Assembly: GCF_004010195.1 (NCBI RefSeq)
Contig: NC_057755.1
Location: forward strand, 2,935,498-2,956,146
DNA from: Chiloscyllium plagiosum
Taxonomy: Eukaryota
Direction: 5' to 3'
Length of the DNA: 20,649 nucleotides
Shown: positions 9,588 to 20,649 of the stretch, one piece after another
How positions within the stretch are numbered: the stretch's first letter is position 1
Layout of the letters: every line of letters starts with the position of its first letter
The notes under the pieces: generated by a model
What the model was told of the DNA's origin: nothing
Database searches by the model: none
Seen by the model: only the letters and a program-made list of their open reading frames with translations
Made by a program: the position numbers and the translations under genes

Positions 9588-9900
9588 TTAGAGGTCCAGC
9601 GAGGTCTCGTAGTGGTGTGGCCAACATTGAAAGTGAGATGGCACTGAAAAGTGGCAACTCTCATTCCACTGGCAATTTGTGTTGCAGGGGAATCGTGCCT
9701 AGTCACGTGGTCTATTGCCCATGGCACGGCAATTAACAAGGAGGTCTGTAAAGTTGAAAACTTCTTCTTTATTTCTTTATTTTTGTGCAGTTATATTCCA
9801 TGTCTGGTTTTTATTTTTGCATTTTAAAATGGCGTTGCAGAGAGGCAATGCTGTACCATACTTTTCTCCGTATTTTGCAACAAAATACACCTGCAATAAA
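9588..9900 (+). mobile_element. Unclassified insertion of about 310 bp in CR1, with a LINE-like 3' hairpin and AATAAA tail
   Basis: It interrupts the CR1 homology. It ends CTTTTCTCC-GTATTTTG(CAA)CAAAATAC-ACCTGC-AATAAA, which resembles L2/Rex1-type 3' ends. Confidence 0.4.
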
Positions 9901-10460
9901 TACGTCAATTCAAGGAAGGTTGAGACATACTAAATGCCTTGCTGATGGACATAACATGGAGGATATATAACGGTAATTCAGTGGATGTTGTAAAAATGGA
10001 GTTTAGTAGGACATTTGACAAAATCCCAATTGACAGAATAGCCCGAGAAACAAAATTTTAAGGAACACAGGAGAATGTTGCCAGTTCAATCTAAAATTTG
10101 TTCTCTGAAAGGAAATTCGAGGTAATAGGTGATAGAAATTTGCGTGAATGGAAAGTTGTTTGCAACAGTATTCCACAGGGCTTAGTTTTGGATACCTTTG
10201 CATTATTTGTACATATTAATGATTTGGGTGTAAATGATGAAAGGTCGTTTGCAGACGATGTAAGTATCGCTGTTGTAGGTCAGAGTAAAGGTGATGGCTA
10301 TCAAACGTAGAATGTTGTCAGTTATTCAGTTGAGTAGGTGATGGCAAATGGTTCTCAATTCAGACAAGTGTGTGTTCGGCATTTGGGGAGGGTAAACTAA
10401 ATTCAGAACTTCATTTTGATTGAGATAATGAAAGGGTAGAGGAACTAAGACCTTCAACCT

Positions 10461-13336
10461 TAGAACATACAACATAAAGCACGGAACAGTATAACAAATA
10501 CGAACCATTCTGCCCTCGATGTTGTGCCAATCTTTTTTCCTACTCCAAGATCAAACTAAACTACATACCCTTCATTTTACTATCATCCATGGGCATATTC
10601 AAGCGTTGCTTAAATATCCCTAATGCATCTGACTCTAATACCAATGGTGGCAGCGCCTACCACGCACTCACCACCCTCTGTGTTAAAAAAAGCTCTGATA
10701 GCTTCCTAAACTTTCTTCTAATCACCGTACAATTATACCCCCACGATAGCCATTTCTGCCCTGGGAAAAAGTCTCTGACTGTTCACTCTATCTATGCCTC
10801 TCATCATCTTGTACACTTCTACCAAGTTGCCTCTCACCATTCTTTGCTTCATTAAGAAGGGACTTAGCTCCCTCAACCTTTTTTTAATCGGACATGAACT
10901 GTGGTCCAGGTAGCATCCTGGTAAATGTTCTCTGCACCTTCTCTAAAGCATCGAAATCCTTCCTATAATGTGGCGATCAGAACTGGACGCCATATTCCAA
11001 GTGTGGTCCAACAGGATTTTATAGAGCTGTAGCATAACCTCGCAGCTCTTAAGCTCAATTCCCCTGATAATGAATACCAACACATCATGTGCCTTCTTAA
11101 CCGCCCTATCAACTTAGGTGGCAACTTTGCATGGACACCAAGATCCCACTGTTCCTCCACACTGCCAAGAATCCTGTCTAAACATTGTATTCAGCATTCA
11201 AATTCAACCTTCCAAAATGAGTCACTTGTCATTTATCCAGATTGAATTCCATCTGCAACGTCTTAGCTCACCTCTACATCCTGTCAATGCAATGTTGTAG
11301 CCTGCAACAAACCTCAGCACTATCTACAACATCACTGATTTTTGTGTCATTGACAAACTTACTTCCACACCCTTCCACTTATTCATCCAAGTCATTTAGG
11401 GGCGGCACGGTGACACAGTGGTTCGTACCGCTGCCTCACAGCGCCAGAGACCTGGGTTCAATTCCCGCCTCAGGCGACTGTCTGTGTGGAGTTTGCACGT
11501 TCTCCCTGTGTCTGCGTGGGTTTCCTCCGGGTGCTCCCACAGTCCAAAAACGTGCAGGTCAGGTGAATTGGCTGTGGTAAATTTCCCTTAGAGATAGGTG
11601 CAGGGGTAAATGTTGGGGAATGGATCTGGGTGGGCGCGCTTCGGCGGGTCGGTGTCGACTTGTTGGGCCGAAGTGCCTGTTTCCACACTGTAAGTAATCT
11701 AATAAAAATTACAACGGGCAGAGGCCCAAGAACAGATACCTGCAGAACACCACTCATCACCGACCTCCAGGTGGACTACATTACATCTACTACCACTCTC
11801 TGTCTTGTTTTGCCAAGCCAATTCTGTATCCAGACAGCCAAATGTCCTTATATCCCATACCTCCTAACTTTCTGAATGAGTCTACCATGGGGAATCTTAT
11901 AAAATGCCTTTCTGAAATTATATACACCACATCCCACTGCTTGACATCCATCAGCTTGTCTTGTCACATCCTCAAATAACTCAATGAAGTTTGTGAGGCA
12001 TGACCTGCCCCTCACAAAGCCATGTTAACTGTCTTTAATCAAACTATGCTTTTTTCCAAATAAACTTTAATCATATCTCTCAGAATCCATTCCAATAACT
12101 TGCTTACAACAGACGTAAGTCTGACAGGTCTGTAATTGCCAGGCATTTCCCTATTCCCCTTTTTGAACAGAGGAACAACATTCGCTTCCCACCAACCTTC
12201 CAATACTATTCCTTTGGAGACTGCTGATGCAGAGATTATCGCCAGAGGCACAGCAATCTCATACCTCACTTGCCGTAGTAACCTTGGATATATCTGGTCC
12301 AGCCCTGGGGTCATATCCATCTTGATGTTCTCAGAATTTCCAGCACATGCACATTCTTCATATCAATCTGTTCAAGCCTATTAACCTGGTCCACAGCGAT
12401 CTCATTATCAACAAGGTAGCAAAACTTCATTTCGAGCCTCCTCTACCTCTTCAGATTCCAGACACAAGTTCCCTTCACTATCCCTGATTGGCCCAATCCT
12501 CTCTCTGATCATTCTCTTATTCTCGCAAACATGTAGAAAACCTTTGGCTTTTCCCTAATCGTTCCCGCCGAGGCTTTTTCTTGTACCCTTCTCGCTCTCC
12601 TCAGTCTGTTTATCAGTTCTTTCCGAGCTACCCAGTAATCCTCTAAAGTTATGCCAGATCCCTGCTTCCTCAGCCTAAAGTACGCTTTCTTCTTCCTCTT
12701 GACAAGAAGCTCCTCTGCTCTTGTCATCCAAGGCTCCTTCACCTTACCATTCCTTGCCTGTCTCAATGGGACAAAGTTATCCAACACTCGTTGCAAGTGC
12801 TCCTTAAACAGCCGCCACATTTCTTTTGTGCATTTTACATAGTACAATTGTTCCCAATTTGTACTCCACAACTCCAGTCTAACAGCAGTTTAATTTCCCC
12901 TCCCCCCAAACAAATACCTTCCCATACTGTCTGGTCCTATCCCTCTCCATTGCTATGGTAAAAGCGAGAGATCTGACACCTGGCCTGACCCGTTCTCTAG
13001 CACTAAATCCAATATGGCCTCTCCCCAGTCGGCCTATCTACATTAGGAGTCAGGAACGCTTCCTGGACACACCTGACACACCTGGCTCTATCCAGACCAT
13101 CTGCACTAAGAAGGTTCCAATCAATACTGGGAACGTTGAAGTCAACCATAACAATATCTCTGTTACATCTGCACCTTTCCAAGATCTGCTGTCCGATCTG
13201 GTTTTCTACCTCTCTGCTGCTATTGGGGGGTCCGGTAGAAAACACCCAATAAAGTGTCTGCTCCTTTCCCGTTACTGACTGCCACCCCTATTGACTCAGT
13301 AGACAAACCCTCCTCAACAGCCTCCTTTTCAGCAGC
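10461..13336 (-). mobile_element. CR1/HER1-type LINE, ORF2 and 3' UTR, decayed, running into the gap
   Basis: Endonuclease IVMVDFNVPSIDW, KEPWMT, TPGLDQIYPRLLR, ANVVPLFKKG..PGNYRPVRLTSVVSKLLE, SGVLQVSVLGP and WDLGVH. The 3' tail appears on the plus strand as AGAACATACAACAT near 10462. Confidence 0.93.
11399..11702 (+). mobile_element. HE1-type V-SINE inserted into the CR1
   Basis: Same A/B boxes, V-domain and GTAAGTAATCTAA tail as 6987-7308. The flanks GTCATTTA|TAAAAATTAC rejoin as continuous CR1 sequence. Confidence 0.93.
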
Positions 13337-13836
13337 NNNNNNNNNNNNNNNNNNNNNNNNNNNNNNNNNNNNNNNNNNNNNNNNNNNNNNNNNNNNNNNN
13401 NNNNNNNNNNNNNNNNNNNNNNNNNNNNNNNNNNNNNNNNNNNNNNNNNNNNNNNNNNNNNNNNNNNNNNNNNNNNNNNNNNNNNNNNNNNNNNNNNNNN
13501 NNNNNNNNNNNNNNNNNNNNNNNNNNNNNNNNNNNNNNNNNNNNNNNNNNNNNNNNNNNNNNNNNNNNNNNNNNNNNNNNNNNNNNNNNNNNNNNNNNNN
13601 NNNNNNNNNNNNNNNNNNNNNNNNNNNNNNNNNNNNNNNNNNNNNNNNNNNNNNNNNNNNNNNNNNNNNNNNNNNNNNNNNNNNNNNNNNNNNNNNNNNN
13701 NNNNNNNNNNNNNNNNNNNNNNNNNNNNNNNNNNNNNNNNNNNNNNNNNNNNNNNNNNNNNNNNNNNNNNNNNNNNNNNNNNNNNNNNNNNNNNNNNNNN
13801 NNNNNNNNNNNNNNNNNNNNNNNNNNNNNNNNNNNN
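13337..13836. other. Assembly gap (500 N)
   Basis: A run of exactly 500 N, probably a scaffolding placeholder. Confidence 0.99.
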
Positions 13837-16593
13837 CTGAAATGTTGTAGTGTCAACACCAAGATTAAAGTCTCTTTCTCAAGTGTCGATTATTTTTACT
13901 GATGAACATTTAATTTCCTGGAGAAATATCCAATTTTATCTTCTCATTGTCTTCCTGCAGCAGCACCGCACCAACACCCACATCACTGGCATTGATAGCC
14001 ACCTTGAAAGGCTTCATGTAATCCGGTGTGGCTGATACTAGGGCAGTGGTTAACACAATTTTCAGGCTGTCCAAAGCCTTTTGACAGTCTGCTGTCCACT
14101 GAACTCTTGCCCTTTATTAACAATTCAGTGAGTGGAGCAGCCACACTGCTAAACTTTGGCACAAACTTACAGTAAAATCGATTCAATCCCAAGAACAGTA
14201 GTACTGTTCCTTTTGTCAACGATGTGTAAAATTCCCCAATTACTTTCATTTTTGCTTCACGTGGGGCCATTTGTCTATGTCCAATAACATGGCTCAGGAG
14301 GGTGACTTAGGTTTTGGAAAATTCACTTTAGCTAGGTTTACCGCCAAGCCTGCCTTCCGAAGTCGATTGACCAAGTCCGATAAACGTTGGAGATGACTAA
14401 AAGTCACCAGGCCATCAACGTACACAACACAGTTGGTTAATCCGGTAAAGACCTTATTAGTTAGTCTCTGAAATGTGGTCAGAGCCTTTCTTATATCAAA
14501 TGACATGACTTTAAACTGCTACAGCCCATTTGGCATGACAAAAGGCGGAAGGCTTTTCCAGTAGCCTCTGAGCAAGTTCAACTTAGAAACATAAATTGCT
14601 TCTCCCACCTTTTCGATACAGTCCTCCAACCATGGAATTCGATATCCATTTGTCTTTTAATGGGATTGACTTTGCGATCGCCCACACATAACCGTTCGGT
14701 ACCATATGGCTTTGGCACCATGACTATGAGTGAGCTTCAGTCACTGCACAGTTTGATTATGTCATCTTGGAGCCTGCACTCTGTCTCCTTCTGAACCTGT
14801 GCCAAATTTACGGGGTTATGCCTATAATGATTTGATTAATTGGAACAGCATTTCCTATCACTATATCATGCACAATTAGGCTAGTAATTCCCAGTTTATT
14901 TCCGCATATCTCCCCATGTGATAGAAATAACTCTTTTAGGTGATTGTGATTTTTCTCAGGAATGAAACTCAATAATTTATCCCAATTTTTGACAACTTCC
15001 CCATTGTCCAATTTAATTTGAGGAATATCCAGTTCAAAACCGTCTGAGCTTGGTTCTTCCGTCTGTGCTGTTATTACAAACACCTTCTCCTCTTGCTTCC
15101 CTTCCTTATCAAAATATCTTTTAAGCATATTCACATGACACACTATGTGTGATTTCTTCCTGTCTGGACCCCGTATCAAGTAGTTCACCTCACTCAATTT
15201 CCTTTTGACTTGATAAGGTCATCTAAACCTTGCTTTTAAAGGCCAACCTTTTACTGGAAGCAATACTAATACCTTATCCCCAATTGTAAAATTGTGTATT
15301 TTTGATTTCATGTATTTTTCCTGTTTCATTGCATGCTGTGCTAATTTTAAGTGCTGTCTAGCCAACTCCCCAGCTCTATTAAATTGTTCCCCAAAATTTG
15401 ACACATAAGCTAAATGTGTGATCTCTGAATTCTGACTTCCTAATTTCTCCTAAATCAATTTAATGGTCCTCTCACTTCATGGCCAAACACCAATTCAAAT
15501 GGATTGAATTTGGCCCATTCATTTGGTGAGTCTCTGATCACAGAAAGCTCAAATGAAATTCCCTTATCCTAACCATCTGGATAGTCTTGACTATAAGCCC
15601 TCAACATGGTCTTTCGTGTTTGATGTCATCTTTCCAGCGCTCTCTGTGATTCTGGGTGGTACACAGTAGATTTGAATTGTTTCATGCCTAAGCTGTCCAT
15701 AACTTCCTTGAATAATTTCGGTGTGAATTTGATCCTTGATCTGACTATATCTCCATAGGTAGTCCATATCTAGTAAAACAAATTCAGTAGTTCCTCTACA
15801 ATCCTTTTAGCTGTGATATTGCATAATGGAATGGCCTCTGAAAATTTAGCTGAACATCCATTATTTTTGACGAATACTGATTCCCACTTCTTGATCGGGA
15901 TAGGGGACCTACGCAATCAATTAAACTCTTGTAAAATGTTTCTCAAATGTTGGAATAGATATTGAATATGCAAATTTTATTACTGCATGTGATTTCCCAA
16001 TTACCTGACATATATGACACATCTGGCAAAATTCAACTACCTCCATGTGCAGTCCAGTCCAGCCTTTTAAGCAAACCTTCATTTTTAATTGTCAATTTCT
16101 CAAGTTCAAACTCTCTCTCTTTTTCTCTCTCCTGCTGGAGCCCTTCCTTCTCTTTCTTTCACTTCTGCTAAAACCCTTCGTTTGTTTTCTCCTGAATTTA
16201 ATCGGAACTAAAACGGTTTCATTTCTGCTGCCCTTTCCTTGTCTTTCACGTCTAATTCAAGCTGTTTCATTTGCAATGGAATTCTTGCCGTCTCGACAGA
16301 TCCAGATGGTGTTTCGAACAAAAGTAAGTGCTGAGCCACTGCTGTAATCATCTCATCTTTCCTCACAATAGGAGGTAAATACAACACCAGGTTGTCTATT
16401 AATTCCTGCAGCTTGCTCGTATTTGCCTTTTGAAAAAAAAACCCAAGGTCACTATTTCCACCTCCAGAAACTTCTTGCTGCCTGAAAGAACCTTTGCTAT
16501 CTGAGTGTTGTTTAAACTAACCAAATTAACAAACAAAATGAAAGACACAACCACCTACCGCATGTTGTTTAACGCCCACAAAGAGCCTCAATC
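13837..16593 (-). mobile_element. Gmr1-like Ty3/Gypsy LTR retrotransposon internal region (gag remnant, IN, RT, RNase H), decayed
   Basis: Minus-strand order: gag N-terminus (..VRKDEMITAVAQHL, EREFELEK); IN (FCQMCHICQ, LIDCVGPL, SDQGSN, YHPESQRALER, GDKVLVLLP, HVNMLKRY); RT (FQRLTNKVF, VYVDGL, VNLAK); then FLGLNRFYCKFVPKFS and RNase H DASDVGVGAVLLQ..EKETL. Confidence 0.88.
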
Positions 16594-16878
16594 TGTTGAG
16601 GATTAGGCCAGACACATCAAAACATTTTAAGCAGGTAGTCCAGACCGTAAATTTGCTATTTGTTTAGCTATGTGTACAGTGGATATTCCCGGAGTCAATT
16701 AGCAGGGTTGCTTGCGATGTTTTAAACAAATAAAATATCTTTATAAAATTATGGAATGAAATTCTAAGAACAGAAAGCAGAATACTGGATAACGTCTCCT
16801 ATCCAAACCGAATTAATGATGCTATACCGAAAATATTTGCAACACTCCCAATATACACATACCTGAGCACAAACAGTA
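16594..16878 (-). repeat. Probable truncated 5' LTR of the Gmr1-like element
   Basis: The minus strand ends ..CCTCAACA, followed by a degenerate PBS-like TGAGGCTC. The other end is replaced by CR1 sequence. Confidence 0.5.
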
Positions 16879-16879
16879 G

Positions 16880-17285
16880 GCGTCCAGCCTGAAAAACACT
16901 CTTCCTCCACTGCCCTTTACCTTCTACAGGCAAACCAATTCTGAAGCCACACGGCTAAGCCATCATGAATGCCAGGTATTTTTTTTTCCTCTGGATGAAC
17001 TAATCATGAGGAATGTTGTCAAACGTCCGACTAAAATCCACGTAGACAACACCCACTGCTTGATTTTCGTCGGTCATCATTGTCACTTCCTTGAAAACTT
17101 CGATCAAGTTAGTAAAACATGTCCTGTCTCACTCAAAGCCATGCTGACTGTCTTCAATTTGGACAAGCCTTCCAAAATGTGTGTAAATCCACACCTTAAC
17201 AATTCTCTTCTACGAATATCCAACCACAAATGTGAGACTCGGCTGTCTGTAGTTTCCTGGAATATCCCATCTCCCTTTTATTATC
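16880..17285 (-). mobile_element. CR1 RT fragment
   Basis: Similar to the 11760-12170 part of the CR1 above (CCAATTCTG, AAAGCCATGCTGACTGTC). The minus strand gives AVGVVYVDFSRTFDNIPH. Confidence 0.8.
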
Positions 17286-17319
17286 CCAAAGAAGATATTG
17301 GATTGATTCCAGGTGCTGT

Positions 17320-17730
17320 CACAGAAATTTGGAGGAATGAGACATGATCTAATTGAAATGTCTGACCTTCTGATGAATGGGCAAGCGGGAAGCTATGTTA
17401 GTACTTCCCTTTACTGGGGGAGCACGGGGAAAAGCAGGCACAATCTCAGGATATGGGATGGGCCATTTCGGACTGAGATTGGAGCATATCTTTCCAGTTT
17501 TGGGGGGTGGGCGGTGATGATCACATGAAATTCTCTACCACAGAAATCTATGGAAGACAACTCATGTATATATTGATAAAATAAATGGGCAGATTTCTAA
17601 AGATAAAAAAGCCTCATGAGGAATTGGGGGAGAACAGGTATATGGAATTGGATAGAGGATCAGCTATGATCAAGTTAATTGTGAAGCAGAATTGATGAAC
17701 CAATGCCCTCCGCTTATGTCTACTATCTAT
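17320..17730 (+). mobile_element. CR1 3' fragment, old
   Basis: MRHDLIE, RHNLRIWDGPFRTEI and NSLPQ-like motifs, plus a CR1-type 3' UTR (GAGGATCAGCTATGATC). Confidence 0.7.
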
Positions 17731-18419
17731 TTTTCCACACATCCCACTCGATCACATAAAGCTCTTTGTGTTGTATCTATTGGGATTTTGAATGATTGAT
17801 TTGATTCGATTGTCATTTTTTTTATTTTACACATAATGCACATTTTCTGGCATCATTTAAACAATTTAAGATATAGCTTAAAGAGACTCCTTAACTTTCT
17901 TGCTGCCACCAGCCTCGAAGTTGCCACTACTCAAGTGACATCTTTCACTGCTGGGTCGATCTCGCCGATGGCGCCTCCACTGATGTAACAGCCTGGTCCC
18001 ATGCTCGCCACTTTGCCAGGTGCCTCCTCCATGCCAATGCACGTGTCCCGTTCAACGCTCATTGGCTTTCGCCTACAACTTGTTACTGTTGGCACCATGA
18101 CCAAGCTCATCCGAAAAGGTAAGTACAAGGCAAGAAAAGAAGGAGAAAAGGAAAAAGCAAAGAAAAGAAGACAGTGTGGATGAGGCCCGGGTTCAAGAGC
18201 CTGAATGCTGGCTACTCCACAATCAGCATACTGTGTTATGTTTTATTTTGGCGATCAGTTTAACATTCACACATATAAAACTAAGGGACATGCCTCGAGA
18301 CTACTGTCAGATCTTTTGTTTAAGTACTAATTGAATAATTAATGTGAGAGGATGTTTCATCATCTCCCTGAGTTGCTCTCTGAACTTCAGTTGAGTTGCC
18401 ATATAAACAAATGTGCATG

Positions 18420-18779
18420 GTTTGTGAAGGTTTGTACTCAGGTTGAGGTTTAGGGTGTCGGTTTGCTCGCTGAGCTGTAGGTTTGATATCCAGACGTTTC
18501 ATTACCTGGCTAGGTAACATCATCAGTGGCGACCTCCAAGTGAAGCGAAGCTGTTGTCTCCTGCTTTCTATTTCTTATCTTTCTCCTGGATGGCGTTCCT
18601 GGGGTTTTGTGGTGATGTCATTTCCTGTTCGTTTTCTGAGGCGTTGATAGATGGCATCTAGATCTTTGTGTTTGTTTATGGCATTGTGGTTGGAGTGCCA
18701 GGCTTCTAGGAATTCTCTGGCTTGTCTTTGCTTAGCCTGACCCAATAGATGTGTTGTCCCAGTCGAAATGGTGGTTTTT
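18420..18779 (-). mobile_element. Penelope-like element 3' end (C-terminal part of the GIY-YIG endonuclease region plus pseudo-LTR)
   Basis: NHHFDWDNT, then LGQAKQRQAREFLEAWHS..AINKH, followed by a 3' region containing a hammerhead motif. Confidence 0.88.
18490..18529 (-). ncRNA. Minimal type I hammerhead ribozyme of the Penelope pLTR
   Basis: CCA-CTGATGA-T-GTTACCT(AGCC)AGGTAAT-GAAA-CGTC-TGG. It has an intact core, a 7-bp stem II, stem I CCA/TGG, and a palindromic ACGT in place of stem III. Confidence 0.75.
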
Positions 18780-19345
18780 TGCAACTGTGTGTTGCAAATT
18801 AAACCATACGGAAGTAATAGCGTTAAAATCAAAACAGTAAACCCAATCCATCCAAGCTCAATAAAATAATTGTCCTTTTAATAGCAGAACCATGAACGTT
18901 TGGCAATGACCTATCGGTCATATATAAAGTAGAAGGGGATATTTGTAAAACAGAGCTGAATACAGGTTATTGAGAGGACAAGAGCTGCATTTTTCTGGGT
19001 GCAATATTTCGTTTTCAGGTTCTGAAAACAGATGGCAACAAATCAATCAAAGGAGAATATGACTGTGAACCAGACCGAGCGGTTTGTGGCTGAAAGAATC
19101 AAAATATTGTCAGCATGAAAGACAACGGGAAATAATAATATTTAAACTGCCATAGTATGACTTCAATGATTATAACGAATAGATCTGCAGTCGCCATGGC
19201 CACAAGATAGCGACTGGTGCAGGTTGGGATGCCGCAGTTTCCTTGGAACAAGATCACAATTGTGAGTAAATTAACTGCAAGTGAAATAACAGAGCATAAC
19301 ATCTATGAATTACAAATGGAAGCAATCTCACAGACATAAAATTAT

Positions 19346-19780
19346 TGAACATTAAAGCATAGTACAGGCCTTTCGACCCTTGATGTTGTGCTTATCTGTA
19401 AAACCAGTCTGAAGCCCATCCAAATCTACACTATTTAGTTATCATCCATGTGTTTATCCACTGACCATTTAAATGCCCTTAATTTTGGCGAGTCTACTAC
19501 AGTTGCAGTCAGTGTGTCCCACGCTCTTATTACTCTCTGAGTAAAGAAACTATCTCTGATACCTGTACTGTGTCTATCACACTTCAACTTAAAGCTATGT
19601 TCCCTCATCCTACCCATCACCACTTAAGGAAAAAGGCTGTCACTGTCCATCCTAACTAATCGTCTGATCATCTTGCACGTCTCCATGAAGTCACCTCTCA
19701 ACTATCGTCTCTCTAACAAAACCTGCCTCAAGTACCTCAGCCTTTCCTCATAAGACCTTCTCTCCATACCTGGCAATAGT
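19346..19780 (-). mobile_element. CR1/HER1 3' fragment
   Basis: REHSFKL..FFTQRVIRAWDTL..AFKWSVDKHM, followed by a 3' UTR like that at 10461-10560. Confidence 0.85.
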
Positions 19781-19781
19781 C

Positions 19782-20649
19782 TTTTTTTTAATAGTTATTT
19801 TTATTGAAAACATAACATGGTTTACAAGTTTATAAATAAAAGAAAACCCAAATATAAACATTGATATACAATTAAATCTTAAATAAATAATAGCCAAAAT
19901 CTATCAAACAAAAGGAGAGATACTGAAAAGAAAAAAAAGACAAAACTCAAATAACTACTAATCTAATCTACAACTAACCAGAGTGCATGATTAAATTTCT
20001 TACATTATACATTAAAAGAAAAAAATGATGGATAACACAGAAATTGAGTAGTAAAGTATATGCTAGGAATGTGTTAACATCAGCTCGTAACAAAACCCGT
20101 ATTCATGCAGATTCCTCCCCCAAGGGGCTCTGGCCCAGCCAGGGTCATTGTCGCGATTAGATAAAAGCCCTTGGTGGAAATGCCGAAATATTTGTATCTG
20201 CGTAATTCAAGAAGAGCTGCCATATATTAGAGAATAATTCGGTTTTTTGGTGCACCATGTTTGTAAGGAAGTCAAGGGGAATATATTCCATGATCATTCT
20301 ATACCAATTCGAGAGTCCAGGAGAGCCCTCAGCCACCCAGTTTACTAAAGTAATTTTCCTTGCACTGGAAGAGAAAATGGAAAATAATATCTTCCTGTGC
20401 ACACCCAGGGAAGGCAAGCTCGAAAAGCCCAAAAGGAGAGATACTGGATCCACTCTAATTTCCGTTCACAAGATTTCTATCAGTGCATTTGCTACTTTAG
20501 TCCAATATTTACGGATCTTATGACAAGTCCATAAGCAGTGTACAAGAATGCCCACCTCTGTTTTACATTTGGGTCACACTGAAGATGTTCCTGCCTTAAA
20601 ATTTGCCAATTGGTCTGGTGCTATATGGGCCCTGTGAAGTATCTTCAAC
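19782..20649 (-). mobile_element. L1-clade LINE 3' end (ORF2 C-terminus, 3' UTR, polyA)
   Basis: KILHRAH..HCLWTC (Cys/His-rich domain), KYW, LLLG, ARK..W and IWQLFL, with the stop at 20157. AATAAA lies at 19805-19800 and an A8 tail at 19789-19782. Confidence 0.85.

Larger units (their letters stand above)
8300..10440 (+). mobile_element. Old, degraded CR1 LINE ORF2 with an internal tandem duplication and an insertion; boundaries approximate
   Basis: LKEAKHAISVTLQIIF..DVPEDWR occurs twice. GNSVDVVKMEFSRTFDKIP lies at about 9970-10030. WKVVCNSIPQGLVL..INDL..SFADD lies at about 10150-10260. Confidence 0.8.
18307..19274 (-). pseudogene. GPR139/GPR142-like class A GPCR, main coding exon, pseudogenised and split by a Penelope-like insertion
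   Basis: The acceptor TTTCACTTGCAG (AG at 19276-19275) is followed by VNLLTIVILFQGNCGIPTCTSRYLVAMATADLFVII. After a frameshift comes SVWFTVIFSFD*FVAICFQNLKTKYCTQK..NIPFYF..WFC..LLPYGLI (to about 18797). The C-terminus CTFVYMATQLKFREQLREMMKHPLTLIIQLVLKQKI* lies at 18417-18307. Confidence 0.88.

Noticed and set aside
13254..13862. Long ORFs of 198 and 177 aa
   Set aside because: They consist almost entirely of the N gap.
18575..18832. In-frame GPCR TM5 and Penelope endonuclease fusion ORF
   Set aside because: There are upstream stops, no ATG start, and the frame depends on a frameshift in the PLE part, so it is coincidental.
1..20649. Prokaryotic systems (CRISPR, retron, DGR) suggested by the RTs and repeats
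   Set aside because: All RTs are eukaryotic retroelement types, and there is no repeat-spacer array or operon structure.

Overview
This is vertebrate genomic DNA, almost certainly from a shark or other elasmobranch (HE1-type SINEs, HER1/CR1 LINEs and a GPR139/142-like receptor of the kind expanded in sharks). It is a dense nest of decayed retroelements with no intact protein-coding gene. From left to right: (1) a CR1 fragment fused directly to a 3'-truncated class I, HERV-I/ERV-IP-like endogenous retrovirus on the minus strand, with 5' LTR at 6184-6674, a tRNA-Pro PBS, gag, an amber read-through junction with a likely pseudoknot, and PR-RT-RNaseH-IN; (2) a young 223-bp near-perfect palindromic insertion in gag, with a 17-bp TSD and a hammerhead-ribozyme core on each strand; (3) HE1 SINEs, Penelope-like fragments and several CR1 copies, one with a 589-bp tandem duplication; (4) a 500-N gap; (5) a Gmr1-type Gypsy element with integrase upstream of RT; (6) a GPR139/142-like GPCR pseudogene broken by a hammerhead-bearing Penelope 3' end; and (7) an L1 3' end. 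Family assignments come from recognising motifs by eye, not from database searches.
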